Counted from the stretch's first letter, positions 48,045 through 58,230 are shown. The stretch: 64,000 bases of DNA from a virus (IMGVR_UViG_3300028886_000035:1-64000); one strand, 5' to 3'. Numbers and translations: made by a program. The notes: generated by a model from the sequence alone, not told the origin.

Positions 48045-48867
48045 GGCAAGCCATCCTCAAAAGTTTAGTTTCGTATTCTTTATTTATTCTATCTTCTGCA
48101 TACATCTTCCAAATTTCACCAAATAAAGAACTTTTCTTCCACGGTTTAGGATTACTAGCAAAATGTAAAATTCGTATATTATCAGATTTTATTTTTTCAC
48201 CATAAATACGAATTAATTCATTAAACCTATATTTGCTATATGTATTAGCTAAAAAATTATATCCATAACTAATATATTTTATTTTCCCTAAAAATGCTTT
48301 ATTTAAAACATCTTGCTCCCATAAAAAACCTTTATTTTCTTTTAGTTCTTTATTCAATTCGTCATAATAAACATACATTGTTTTATCTTTATCTATTATA
48401 CTTTCTCTAATCTTTTTTAAATTAAAATACACATTACCTGCATTAAAATATGAAAATCCATTTATTTTGTCTCTTACTGCTCCACAAAAATAATCTGATA
48501 TATTGATATTAAATATATCAGATATATCTTTTATAACAATAGTATCTGAATCAATATGAAATACTGTATCACAATCTAATAAATTATGTAACAATAATTT
48601 GTAATATACAACACCTGCATTATCATCTGATACAAAAATATTTTTATCTATATAAATTGGTATTATATGAAAATCATCACTATCTAAACTTTTAATATCC
48701 TGTATATCTTTAAATTCTATACATAATAAATAAACATCGTAACAAATGTCACGATGTTTATTGAATTTCAATGATTTCATTGAAATATATGTTTGAAATA
48801 GATAAGATTGATTTGTCATATAAACTATATTAAAACAGTTTTCCTGACAACTCATAATAAGCCTCAC
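48028..48867 (-). CDS. GT8-family glycosyltransferase
   Basis: HIDSDT (DxD), YFNAG, EQDVLN, ILHFASNPKPW. Confidence 0.9.
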   Translation of the reverse strand: MRLIMSCQENCFNIVYMTNQSYLFQTYISMKSLKFNKHRDICYDVYLLCIEFKDIQDIKSLDSDDFHIIPIYIDKNIFVSDDNAGVVYYKLLLHNLLDCDTVFHIDSDTIVIKDISDIFNINISDYFCGAVRDKINGFSYFNAGNVYFNLKKIRESIIDKDKTMYVYYDELNKELKENKGFLWEQDVLNKAFLGKIKYISYGYNFLANTYSKYRFNELIRIYGEKIKSDNIRILHFASNPKPWKKSSLFGEIWKMYAEDRINKEYETKLLRMACREYKK

Positions 48868-49465
48868 TAATTTCTTGTTTTGTCTTTGCAGCTTTAATCT
48901 TTTCTTTATATTCTTTATATTTCATATAAACTGCATCAATAGCATTAAAATCATCAAGAGAATCAAGATATTCTGAAAGTTTTTCTAGTGTTTCTGTATC
49001 GCCACTATTAATTACTTCCAAATATTTTTCTTCCCTATTTTCATCTGTAATAAAGAAACCTTTAGCTTCAAGATAATGGTTTAATTTAAAGAAATGATAT
49101 AATTCAAAATTAGAAATCATTAATTGATTACTAATTAATTCATTAATCATTCTTAATGTTTTTTCTTTATAAGCATCTAAAACATCTTCGTCTGTTTCTT
49201 CTTGTAATTGTTCTACCTTAATTAAATCAGATACATCATATACTTTACTAGCATCTATTTCTCCATCAATATAAATAAGCATACGTGGTTCACGATGTTC
49301 CAAATCTAATTCTTGAACAACATAAGTATATGCTTCTGGTGTTAACCAAACATATTCTTTATTACTTAGCAAAACTTGTTCCATATCTAATTTCTGAAAT
49401 GGTTCAATTAAAAAATTTTTACCATCTTGTTCAAGAGTTTTACAAAAAAAATTCATTGTCGCCAT
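48830..49465 (-). CDS. Hypothetical protein (possible fibre-assembly/accessory protein)
   Basis: Acidic, helical; C-terminus KEKIKAAKTKQEI is reminiscent of fibre-assembly proteins (weak). Confidence 0.45.
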   Translation of the reverse strand: MATMNFFCKTLEQDGKNFLIEPFQKLDMEQVLLSNKEYVWLTPEAYTYVVQELDLEHREPRMLIYIDGEIDASKVYDVSDLIKVEQLQEETDEDVLDAYKEKTLRMINELISNQLMISNFELYHFFKLNHYLEAKGFFITDENREEKYLEVINSGDTETLEKLSEYLDSLDDFNAIDAVYMKYKEYKEKIKAAKTKQEISEAYYELSGKLF

Positions 49466-49731
49466 TATTCTGTCTCCTTATTAATTTCTTCAATAATACT
49501 ATCAATATTTTTTTCTTCTTTTTCTTCTTTTAATTGTACGTTTTCATCATAGTCTAATCCATATTTTCTTCCCATACTTATCATAGACATAGATATAATA
49601 CTATTAATAGCTTGATATGCAACCTTATCTAACGGATAAATCATTTGACGAGCCATTTCTAAAAAATTTCGTTCCGTCAACATAAATTCCAAAATTTTCT
49701 GTTTTTCTTCTTTTGTTTGTTCTTTTATCAA
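49465..49731 (-). CDS. Small hypothetical protein
   Basis: AAAGGA SD; stop overlaps the next start. Confidence 0.55.
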   Translation of the reverse strand: MIKEQTKEEKQKILEFMLTERNFLEMARQMIYPLDKVAYQAINSIISMSMISMGRKYGLDYDENVQLKEEKEEKNIDSIIEEINKETE

Positions 49732-49752
49732 AATACTATATCCTTTCTTATA

Positions 49753-51138
49753 TTATACAATATATTGATATGAATAGCACCAACCACGAACTTTAACAAC
49801 ATAACAAGCACAGGAAGCTTCATGTCCAAAACAAGAGCAATAATTACAATTGCAAACACATAAACTAGAAATTAAATTGATAGCTTTCATAAAATATGTT
49901 GCTACATTCGTACCTGCAATATTTAATGTATATTCACCTCTTGTAATTCCTAAAGGATTCATACAAAATCTTGCTACTGTAATATTTGATTCTTGTGAAA
50001 AATTCCTTGTTTCTATCTGTTTTATTGGATTACCATTAACATCTTTCATAATGTTACCGTTTTTATCTTTAACCACGGTTTCTCTTGTACCAATACAATT
50101 TTGAACAAACATTGGGTCAATATCACCTGCTTCAGATATTCCACCTAATAAAGCAGTTCTCCATCTGTACACATAAGTATATAGGTCTGAAGGTATATAT
50201 CCAAATACATCAAATGCAGGTTTTCTAATGCCATCATCATAAGTTACATACTTAACATAATCTATATTGCCATATGGTCTGCGTTTAGGTTGATATATAA
50301 CACCCCCACCTAAATTATATATTGGTTGCGTTGAATATCCATAAATATCACTTGTTAGTAGATTGTCTGGTTCATGTGCAGAAACAACAGTATTGCCTTC
50401 AATATTGTTTATTTCATCTTGCTGTATTCCTGAATGTCGATATACATATTCTCTCATATCTGAACCTGTAAACCAGTTATTCCCTTTATGTGAACCAACA
50501 TTTATTTCAGAAGCATTAGGATTATAATCTAATTGAGCGAAATCAGGTTCATTCTTTGCAGATGTATTAACGGTAGTTGAAGAACCACCACTACTATAAG
50601 TTATAATACTGTCACTTTTATCTACTGACAATGGGAACGTTTGTATAGGCAATCTATCATTAACAGAACTTGATGCTTTAGCTGGTAACTCAATTTTAAA
50701 TAATGTCAATATATCAGAAAAAATTTTTTCTATATCACTTTGGCGTATTTTGTCACCACTAGCCATATATCCACTATGCCCATTTTGGGAATCCAATTGA
50801 GCACTCATTGGTTGCAAAGTTCCTGGTCCATTCATAAAATTATTTCTTAACATAAATTCTTGGCGAATTTTAATTAGCAAAGCATTCCATTCATCATTTG
50901 TAATTGGATTATCATCAAAATTTTCTCTCAATCTAGTTGAACGCCTTTGATAGCTATGATTTGCTAAATATGATTGTGAACTACTATCGAATGTTGACCA
51001 CAAACTAGTGGAAAATTCATAGTCTTTATCACCACCTGGTGTACCATATGGTTTGCATATAGGAAATTTTCCTGTTGGGTCAGGAACATATTGATAAAAT
51101 CCGTCGCCTTTAAATCTATTTGCTATTTGTACTGACAT
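49753..51138 (-). CDS. 461-aa protein with Cys-rich C-terminus; candidate substrate of the adjacent SPASM enzymes
   Basis: Ends CVCNCNYCSCFGHEASCACYVVKVRGWCYSYQYIV; own promoter motif upstream. Confidence 0.6.
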   Translation of the reverse strand: MSVQIANRFKGDGFYQYVPDPTGKFPICKPYGTPGGDKDYEFSTSLWSTFDSSSQSYLANHSYQRRSTRLRENFDDNPITNDEWNALLIKIRQEFMLRNNFMNGPGTLQPMSAQLDSQNGHSGYMASGDKIRQSDIEKIFSDILTLFKIELPAKASSSVNDRLPIQTFPLSVDKSDSIITYSSGGSSTTVNTSAKNEPDFAQLDYNPNASEINVGSHKGNNWFTGSDMREYVYRHSGIQQDEINNIEGNTVVSAHEPDNLLTSDIYGYSTQPIYNLGGGVIYQPKRRPYGNIDYVKYVTYDDGIRKPAFDVFGYIPSDLYTYVYRWRTALLGGISEAGDIDPMFVQNCIGTRETVVKDKNGNIMKDVNGNPIKQIETRNFSQESNITVARFCMNPLGITRGEYTLNIAGTNVATYFMKAINLISSLCVCNCNYCSCFGHEASCACYVVKVRGWCYSYQYIV

Positions 51139-51183
51139 ATCTATATCAACTCCATTATATATTTATTTTCAAAAAATTGATTA

Positions 51184-51198
51184 TCTATTTAATAAATA
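51184..51198 (-). promoter_or_regulatory. Phage promoter-like motif TATTT-N6-TAGA (Cys-rich protein and glycosylation cluster)
   Basis: TATTT ATTAAA TAGA in a 60-nt intergenic gap. Confidence 0.55.
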
Positions 51199-52275
51199 TT
51201 AATGAGTCAATTTATAATATGCTTTAATATAATCAGAGATTTTATTATATAATTTACAAACATCTTCTTTATTTGAATTATTCCATTGTTCTTTTTTACC
51301 ATTGCTATTTAAAGCATTACATCTAAAACAAAATATAGATTCACAATTAGAACATTTTTCATTTTTTTTAAACATATTGTTTGCAACTAAATAATTACAA
51401 TCTACCTTATGCAAAAAATTATCTTCAAAAATATTCGTATATACTAAATCTTGTTTCCCATACAAACAACCGTGACAATAAGATACATCACCATTCAAAT
51501 CTATTTGAAATGAATTATATCCACCTGAACAATCCGCATTACTATTTGGCTGGTCAAACCATAAAAATCCTGTTTGACCAAACTCTTTATTTTTCAAGAA
51601 ATAACGGATTAATTTAATAAACTGATTATTCATTTTATTATAATCCACATTGCCTACATTTAATGTATCTGGTGTTAACGCAAATGGAATTTTTTTCTTT
51701 AATTCTTTATTTAATTTCTCAAAATTCAAATATTGTTCAAATAAATGTTCTTCTAAATCATTAATTGTACACGTAGATTTTGTGCCAACATAAAAATCAT
51801 TTTCATCAAACCATTTTATTGCTTCTCGTACCATTTTATCTGTTTCTTCCGCACTATGATTTAATTGTATACGTTGATTATTTTCTATATTATGATAATC
51901 ATATGATACTTGAATCTGTAATCTTCTTCCTACGTGTTCTTTTATTTCTAATAAATCATTTTTATATGCTTGCACTAACGAACCATTTGTATACATGAAA
52001 AAGCTAACATCTTTATTATCATAAAATTCTGATATTATTTTTTTAATTTTATCAAAATAAACTGTTGGTTCTCCACCCCAAAATTCAATTCTTAGTTCAT
52101 TAACTTCTGCTAATTCATGTAATACTTCTATAATTCTGTCAAAAACATTTTGTGGAATACTTTCGTTTTTTTCAACTGCTCCATTTTTAACCTCAAAGCA
52201 ATATTTACAACGGAAATTACAACCGCTCCCCATATTAATAGAAACTGACATAGGTGTTTTCATAATTATTATCAT
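51199..52275 (-). CDS. Radical SAM/SPASM-domain enzyme
   Basis: CNFRCKYC, FWGGEP, CSGG...GDVSYCHGC...CSNC...CFRC...C. Confidence 0.9.
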   Translation of the reverse strand: MIIIMKTPMSVSINMGSGCNFRCKYCFEVKNGAVEKNESIPQNVFDRIIEVLHELAEVNELRIEFWGGEPTVYFDKIKKIISEFYDNKDVSFFMYTNGSLVQAYKNDLLEIKEHVGRRLQIQVSYDYHNIENNQRIQLNHSAEETDKMVREAIKWFDENDFYVGTKSTCTINDLEEHLFEQYLNFEKLNKELKKKIPFALTPDTLNVGNVDYNKMNNQFIKLIRYFLKNKEFGQTGFLWFDQPNSNADCSGGYNSFQIDLNGDVSYCHGCLYGKQDLVYTNIFEDNFLHKVDCNYLVANNMFKKNEKCSNCESIFCFRCNALNSNGKKEQWNNSNKEDVCKLYNKISDYIKAYYKLTH

Positions 52276-53315
52276 TCCTTATTTAATATATTAATATTAT
52301 ATTTATTTTTCATATATTGATATAATTTTGTAACCATATGAAAACATATTTTCAAAACTTCACAATATCCATCTATAATACCATTATTCTGTATTTGTGA
52401 ATATAAACACCCTTGATTACAAAAATTATTCAAAATACATTTATTACATTTATCATTATATGTATTATTAATAGATTTTATATATGATATATTATCTTCA
52501 AAATATGTATCGTTATTACTGTCATACAATGGATATTGATGATTTGTATAAAATCTTGAACAAGGATAAATTATACCTTCAGGAGTTATACTAAATCCAC
52601 TACTACCTGCAAAACATATAAAATTTCTTTTTCCATTTAACAAATTTTGTAATATCTTTTCAACAAATCCTATATAAATCCATCTATTATAATTGTCATA
52701 ATTCATTACCATAAAATCATATAAATTGTTTACCTGATTTTTTAATTCATTTAAACTATTTTTGTCCCATATATTATCCTTGACAAAAGATACATCTATA
52801 TAAAAATTATCTATATCATTCTTCATAGCTAATTTATAAAAATAAACGATGTTTTTCATCATATTATAAACATTATGATTATCTATCATCATTTTTGGTT
52901 GCATTTCTACAATTTTATTTTTGTATAATTGTTCTATATATTTATGATTATTGTCATTACAACCATCACAACTAATTCCTATATGAATATTTCTTGTGTC
53001 AAATTCATTTTTAATTTTATCATTCAATAATATACCATTCGTTTGCATAAAACTATGCACTACATTTAAATTAGTTTTTAAGTACTCGTCAAATAATAAA
53101 ATATTTTCATATTCTAATAAAGGTTCTCCACCAAAATATGTTACATCATATTCTCCGTCAAAACTATCATCTATTTTTTTAGATAAATATTGTATATTTT
53201 TGATTTGTTTTTTTAATACATCAAATGTTAATTTTTTTGAATTTTGATTTATATAACAATACTCACATTTTAAATTACAAGCATTCGTCATATGAATTTG
53301 TATAACATGCTTCAT
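52272..53315 (-). CDS. Radical SAM/SPASM-domain enzyme
   Basis: CNLKCEYC, YFGGEPLL, QTNG, CFAG...GIIYPC...CNKC...CNQGC...YC. Confidence 0.9.
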   Translation of the reverse strand: MKHVIQIHMTNACNLKCEYCYINQNSKKLTFDVLKKQIKNIQYLSKKIDDSFDGEYDVTYFGGEPLLEYENILLFDEYLKTNLNVVHSFMQTNGILLNDKIKNEFDTRNIHIGISCDGCNDNNHKYIEQLYKNKIVEMQPKMMIDNHNVYNMMKNIVYFYKLAMKNDIDNFYIDVSFVKDNIWDKNSLNELKNQVNNLYDFMVMNYDNYNRWIYIGFVEKILQNLLNGKRNFICFAGSSGFSITPEGIIYPCSRFYTNHQYPLYDSNNDTYFEDNISYIKSINNTYNDKCNKCILNNFCNQGCLYSQIQNNGIIDGYCEVLKICFHMVTKLYQYMKNKYNINILNKE

Positions 53316-53326
53316 TTTTCTCTCCT

Positions 53327-53363
53327 AAAAAAAGAAGTATATGTATATTATACTTCTTTTTTT
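53327..53363 (-). terminator. Intrinsic terminator
   Basis: AAAAGAAGTATA/TATACTTCTTTT. Confidence 0.6.
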
Positions 53364-53365
53364 AC

Positions 53366-56098
53366 TTATTCTCCTTTTTCATTAATTACCATATCGTTCA
53401 TATACGTATTCCTATTTTTTATATTCAATGGATATTGATAAGAATATTTTGCCATATAACCATACCTATTATCATTTGGTATACCACTAATACTTGTTAT
53501 ATTTTTCATTTCATGATAAATGTTATCATATCCACCATAATATAATTTATTAAAATCACTTATTGAAAATACATACATATCTCTTTCTATTGTATCATAC
53601 AAATATGATTTACTTAATAATACACTAAATGATGTTAGTTGTTGTTGTGCATAACTATAAATATCATTAAAATGTATATCTGTTTCAATAATTTCTTGAC
53701 CTATTTGTTTCTTTAAAATAATATTTATAGTCGTTTTTATCAATTTACCTTTTAACCAATTTAAAATTACATATGTATTTTCGTCCATTTCATAAATTCT
53801 TGCTCTACACAAATCTTTATATACAAAATGCTCTCTTGTATCATCATTCCCATAAAAATCTTGTGGCTTTGCAGAATATAAGTTAATTCCACCATAATAT
53901 ATATTGCAATTTCTAAAAATTGCATAATCATCAATGTTTTTTGTTTTAAATGGTTTTGATACTTTGATAAAATATTTATTATTTAGACTTTCATATCCTA
54001 TCTGTGGTATTAAATTCAATCCATCGTCTATATAATGATAATTCAAATTAATATTGTCTATATCTATATCATATCTAGGATTTCCTTCAGAAATATTATC
54101 ATCATATATTAGAAAATCTTCTCTACAAGTTACATCTATATTCGCATTAAATTTAATATTTACATTCGTTGTTTTATTTTGAAATTTAACAATTACAGGA
54201 ATAGTAATTTTATAGAAAAACATTTGAGCAGAAAATTTTAAATTATAGTCAGTATAACCCATATCTTTATAATAATAATCTTTCGTCTTATACGAAGATG
54301 TAGTATTATTATACTTTAATTCATATTCTACTCCATCTTTTGTTATCGTAGGTAAATTTTGTATATAAGACATTAATTTTGATTTTAATTCTCCATATAT
54401 ATTCGTTATCATATCATTACAATTAATTACAGTCAATTCATAATTCTCTATAATTACTTTTTGAAAAATATTTCTACCATCAAAATTAATAAATTTAATT
54501 AGTAAATTATCTTTTTTATCAAAACAACAAATATCATGCTCTTTTACATAATTTATTGTATTTTGCGTTAATCTCACATTAAAATCATATTTTTCATAAT
54601 TAATTCCATCATATTGAATAATGTGTACACCAAATTCATCAAAATTAACAAAGAAAAAATATTTATCATTATATGTAATATAATCACAATCAAAATATTT
54701 TTCTTGACTTTCTGTAATTGGTAATTTTACTTTTTTAGGTACTGTAATCGTAGATGATGCTAAACTTGTTCCTACAGGAATAAAATTTAAATCATAATTT
54801 TTCTTATTTAAAGTAAAATATCCATCTAATGCATTTTCGTCTACTGTATTATCTACATAAGTAGAATCAAATTCAATATTAATTTTGTTTTTACTATATT
54901 TAACAATCTTATTACCTGTTTTACTTGTACTTAAAGCAAGTGAATTATCATGTTGTGGTGTAATCACAAAAGAAGTAAAAATATCATCACCACAAGATAA
55001 TAATATATTAAAAGAACAGGTATCTTTATGGATTATTTTTCTATCTTTATCTATAACTTTTGTTATAATACCTTTTCCTGTAAATTCAAATTTGTTTGGG
55101 TCTTTATTTGTTGCATGTTTTTTATATTTCTTCCTTAAATATTGAGTGGAAAATTTTTCTGCGTGAAACAAATAGTCACCAATCTTAATCTCAACAAATC
55201 CATTATACTTTTCTCTTTTATCAATTACCATTTCAAATACTTTACCATCATATTCAGGATTTACAATGTCTTTAGATGTATCATCAATAGTATTGTTAAT
55301 AACCCCAACAATTCCACCATAAATACCATATTCTTTATCTGTATCTTCATGCAAGTATGAAATTGTATTCAAAGAAAGAGAATTTGGATAGATTAACGTG
55401 GATAATATAATAGGTTTCGTGATTCCATTTGTTGTAATAATAACTGCTTTATATAAAACTGTCCTTGTTTCTTTTAATGTGGTATCAAATGAAAAATGTG
55501 TATAATAATATTGATGGTCTTTTATTTCCATTTGACCTAGATAACTCCATTTTATATCTCTAGTATCATAATGATTATTATAATCAGATTCTTCTGATAT
55601 ACGACTATGTTCATCTATTTCAGTTAATGGAGCTATATGATTATATAGTAAAACCTTATCTATTTGATATTCTGTTTCTAAATTCAATATTATATCTAAA
55701 TAAGAATAGTTTTCATGTAATCCATAAGTAGAAAAACTTCTTATTTTTATTTTATCTTCTACATTTGAATATACAATTTTAAAATAAAAATCATTCTTAA
55801 ATATTTTTCCACCTTCAAGAATTAATTCTACTGCATAATTGTAATTACCAAAACCTAACCAATTATCATCTTTAATTTCATATTTTGTACTTGAACGTTG
55901 ATTAATTTTATAATCGTTATATACTTCTCCGTTTTTATAAATAATGATATGATTAATTGGTGATTCCAAATGATTTACAGCAAAATTAAAAGCAAAATTA
56001 TATATATATTCTCTTGCAAAAAACACATCTTTAGTATCTTCTAATATATGTTCATATTTATTATCTGCAAATGAAAATACTATATCACGATTTATCAT
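53366..56098 (-). CDS. Large hypothetical protein (910 aa, beta-rich)
   Basis: Long ORF with GGTG SD and downstream terminator; no motif recognised. Confidence 0.6.
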   Translation of the reverse strand: MINRDIVFSFADNKYEHILEDTKDVFFAREYIYNFAFNFAVNHLESPINHIIIYKNGEVYNDYKINQRSSTKYEIKDDNWLGFGNYNYAVELILEGGKIFKNDFYFKIVYSNVEDKIKIRSFSTYGLHENYSYLDIILNLETEYQIDKVLLYNHIAPLTEIDEHSRISEESDYNNHYDTRDIKWSYLGQMEIKDHQYYYTHFSFDTTLKETRTVLYKAVIITTNGITKPIILSTLIYPNSLSLNTISYLHEDTDKEYGIYGGIVGVINNTIDDTSKDIVNPEYDGKVFEMVIDKREKYNGFVEIKIGDYLFHAEKFSTQYLRKKYKKHATNKDPNKFEFTGKGIITKVIDKDRKIIHKDTCSFNILLSCGDDIFTSFVITPQHDNSLALSTSKTGNKIVKYSKNKINIEFDSTYVDNTVDENALDGYFTLNKKNYDLNFIPVGTSLASSTITVPKKVKLPITESQEKYFDCDYITYNDKYFFFVNFDEFGVHIIQYDGINYEKYDFNVRLTQNTINYVKEHDICCFDKKDNLLIKFINFDGRNIFQKVIIENYELTVINCNDMITNIYGELKSKLMSYIQNLPTITKDGVEYELKYNNTTSSYKTKDYYYKDMGYTDYNLKFSAQMFFYKITIPVIVKFQNKTTNVNIKFNANIDVTCREDFLIYDDNISEGNPRYDIDIDNINLNYHYIDDGLNLIPQIGYESLNNKYFIKVSKPFKTKNIDDYAIFRNCNIYYGGINLYSAKPQDFYGNDDTREHFVYKDLCRARIYEMDENTYVILNWLKGKLIKTTINIILKKQIGQEIIETDIHFNDIYSYAQQQLTSFSVLLSKSYLYDTIERDMYVFSISDFNKLYYGGYDNIYHEMKNITSISGIPNDNRYGYMAKYSYQYPLNIKNRNTYMNDMVINEKGE

Positions 56099-56108
56099 TT
56101 CATCACCA

Positions 56109-56402
56109 TCATTCTGCTAAAAATAAATTTCCTGTTTTTATAGCCTTTGGTATTAAATCTCTTAATCCTTCCATACAATCTATCGCCAAATCATAATCTT
56201 TAAAATGCATCCTATCATTTTTTGATTTTTCCTCTGAATGATATTCGTTAATGATAAAATATTTTAAATCTTCAGGATTTAAATTTAATGTCATAGCTAA
56301 AGTTTTATTTGTATTAAATTGTATTTCCACTCCACCTACAAGACGATATGCAACTACATAGTATCCATATTCATCTTCTTCTACTTTAAAGTCTATAAGC
56401 AT
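56109..56402 (-). CDS. Hypothetical protein
   Basis: Likely start MLIDFK behind GGAGG. Confidence 0.55.
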   Translation of the reverse strand: MLIDFKVEEDEYGYYVVAYRLVGGVEIQFNTNKTLAMTLNLNPEDLKYFIINEYHSEEKSKNDRMHFKDYDLAIDCMEGLRDLIPKAIKTGNLFLAE

Positions 56403-56531
56403 AATTATTCCTCCTTCTAAAAACATATACAAATGTGTACAAAAGTGTATTTTACGCACGTTTGAACACACTTGCGTATGCTTTTGGATGCTTAACGATT
56501 AGTCCTATGTAATATATCTCTAATTAATAAA

Positions 56532-56565
56532 TAAAAGGACGTACAATTTAATATACGTCCTTTTA
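56532..56565 (-). terminator. Intrinsic terminator
   Basis: AAAAGGACGTA/TACGTCCTTTT. Confidence 0.65.
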
Positions 56566-56567
56566 AC

Positions 56568-56801
56568 TTAATTTATATGTAATAACAACCATCGAAACAC
56601 AAAATCATCATTCAACAGATTTATTTGTTTATCTTGTAATTGAAATTGTCCATTAATCATTTTATTACAATAACAATTCCAAACCGGACCAGACATCATT
56701 ACTGATAAACGTGTATCTCCTTTATCAAAATAATGACCTAATGGGTCTTTAAAATATCTATATCCTAATTTTTTCATATGACCTATAATTTTTCCTGTCA
56801 T
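56568..56801 (-). CDS. Hypothetical protein
   Basis: Coupled to the HD-GYP-like gene, followed by a terminator. Confidence 0.55.
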   Translation of the reverse strand: MTGKIIGHMKKLGYRYFKDPLGHYFDKGDTRLSVMMSGPVWNCYCNKMINGQFQLQDKQINLLNDDFVFRWLLLHIN

Positions 56802-56805
56802 ATCA

Positions 56806-57348
56806 TCACCACAAATCTAATTCATCTGTGATTAACATTTTAATAAATGGAGTAATCATTTTTTTAGGGAACATAATATCTGTCTGCTTACGAATTTTTG
56901 CAGTAGCAGAATTATGTGAATCTCCATTCATACGACAACTATCATAAAAATCACATAAATGTAACATAATCGCATATAGATGAATATTATTTACATCCAG
57001 TCCGCTAGGATAACCGCTACCATCTAAATTTTCCATATGTTGTGATACAATATCTGCAATTCTATCATAATCGCCTAAATTACAAATAACTGCTTTTGAA
57101 AATAATGGATATACATTATCTAAAGAAACTATATCTTTCCCAATTTTAATTTCTTTATCAAAATTACATTTGCCAACTTCATGTAAAAATCCTGCAATAT
57201 ATAATGTTTCTCTATCCACACTATCTATATCAAACTTTTTTCCAAATTCATAGCACATCATAGCTACACGTTCAGAATGTTTATAGATTTCAGGATATTT
57301 TTGTTCCATTATATCTAAAAGTTTATTTACTTTTTCCATTCGCTTCAA
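56806..57348 (-). CDS. Stand-alone HD-GYP-like protein with degenerate metal ligands
   Basis: HSERVA, LHEVGK (HD->HE), QHMENLDGSGYP (HHE->HME), CDFYD. Confidence 0.7.
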   Translation of the reverse strand: MKRMEKVNKLLDIMEQKYPEIYKHSERVAMMCYEFGKKFDIDSVDRETLYIAGFLHEVGKCNFDKEIKIGKDIVSLDNVYPLFSKAVICNLGDYDRIADIVSQHMENLDGSGYPSGLDVNNIHLYAIMLHLCDFYDSCRMNGDSHNSATAKIRKQTDIMFPKKMITPFIKMLITDELDLW

Positions 57349-57390
57349 TGGAAATCACATCCTTCTAAATATTTAAATCGAATATAATTT

Positions 57391-57440
57391 TATTTAATTA
57401 ATAGATAAAAATATTTTTATAATCATCTATTAAAAAAATA
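57391..57440. promoter_or_regulatory. Oppositely oriented pair of TATTT-N6-TAGA motifs between divergent genes
   Basis: Plus copy 57391..57405 and minus copy 57426..57440, each matching the strand of a flanking gene. Confidence 0.55.
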
Positions 57441-57510
57441 ATAATCTTGATTAAAATAATAACGATTTTCTATAATATTTATGAAAATTTTTCAGAAAGG
57501 TAAAAATAGT

Positions 57511-58230
57511 ATGGAAAAACAAATGGATATAGAATATACAGAATTAGATAGTTCATATAATACATTGGCAAAAGCTCTAGCTAATTTAATTAAACAACAT
57601 ACAAAAACACAAAAAAAAATTCAAGAAATAAAGCAACAATTAGAAGTTATATATAACAGGTTAGAAATTTATATTAAAAATGAATTTTATGATACATATT
57701 GTTATAAAAAACAAGTATTTATTTTAGATAAAGATAAAATCATATTCTATAAACAATCTGATATGGACAAAGCAAAAGAAGCATATGAGGATTATATAGA
57801 TGAAGAAGATGATTTTGACAAAGAATTTGAAGATATGTATAATTTAGATTTTATGGATATAGACCAAATCGAAGAAGAAGATAGTAATACATATCGCAAA
57901 ATGGTAGATTTTCTAAAAAAAGAATTAAAAAAACCTTTATATGAAAAAGATATAAACCCTAGACAAATTAAAACTATGAATAAAATCATTTCTTCTAGTT
58001 TACATATAAAAGAAAAATATAATTATGCACAACAAAAACTATCAGATTTAGAAGCAGATTATACAGATTGTTTAAATGAAATTCTTCAACAATTAACTGA
58101 AGATGAAAAATATAATTTTAATTATGATAAAGACGAATTAGTATCTGTAAGGGACGAGAAAACAATGACTTGGCATTTAATCTTTTATCCACGAGCTAAC
58201 ACAGATACTTTAAATAAATTATTAAATTAA
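57511..58230 (+). CDS. Acidic coiled-coil hypothetical protein (only convincing plus-strand gene)
   Basis: AAAGGT SD before ATG 57511; divergent promoter motif; shared bidirectional terminator. Confidence 0.65.
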   Translation: MEKQMDIEYTELDSSYNTLAKALANLIKQHTKTQKKIQEIKQQLEVIYNRLEIYIKNEFYDTYCYKKQVFILDKDKIIFYKQSDMDKAKEAYEDYIDEEDDFDKEFEDMYNLDFMDIDQIEEEDSNTYRKMVDFLKKELKKPLYEKDINPRQIKTMNKIISSSLHIKEKYNYAQQKLSDLEADYTDCLNEILQQLTEDEKYNFNYDKDELVSVRDEKTMTWHLIFYPRANTDTLNKLLN

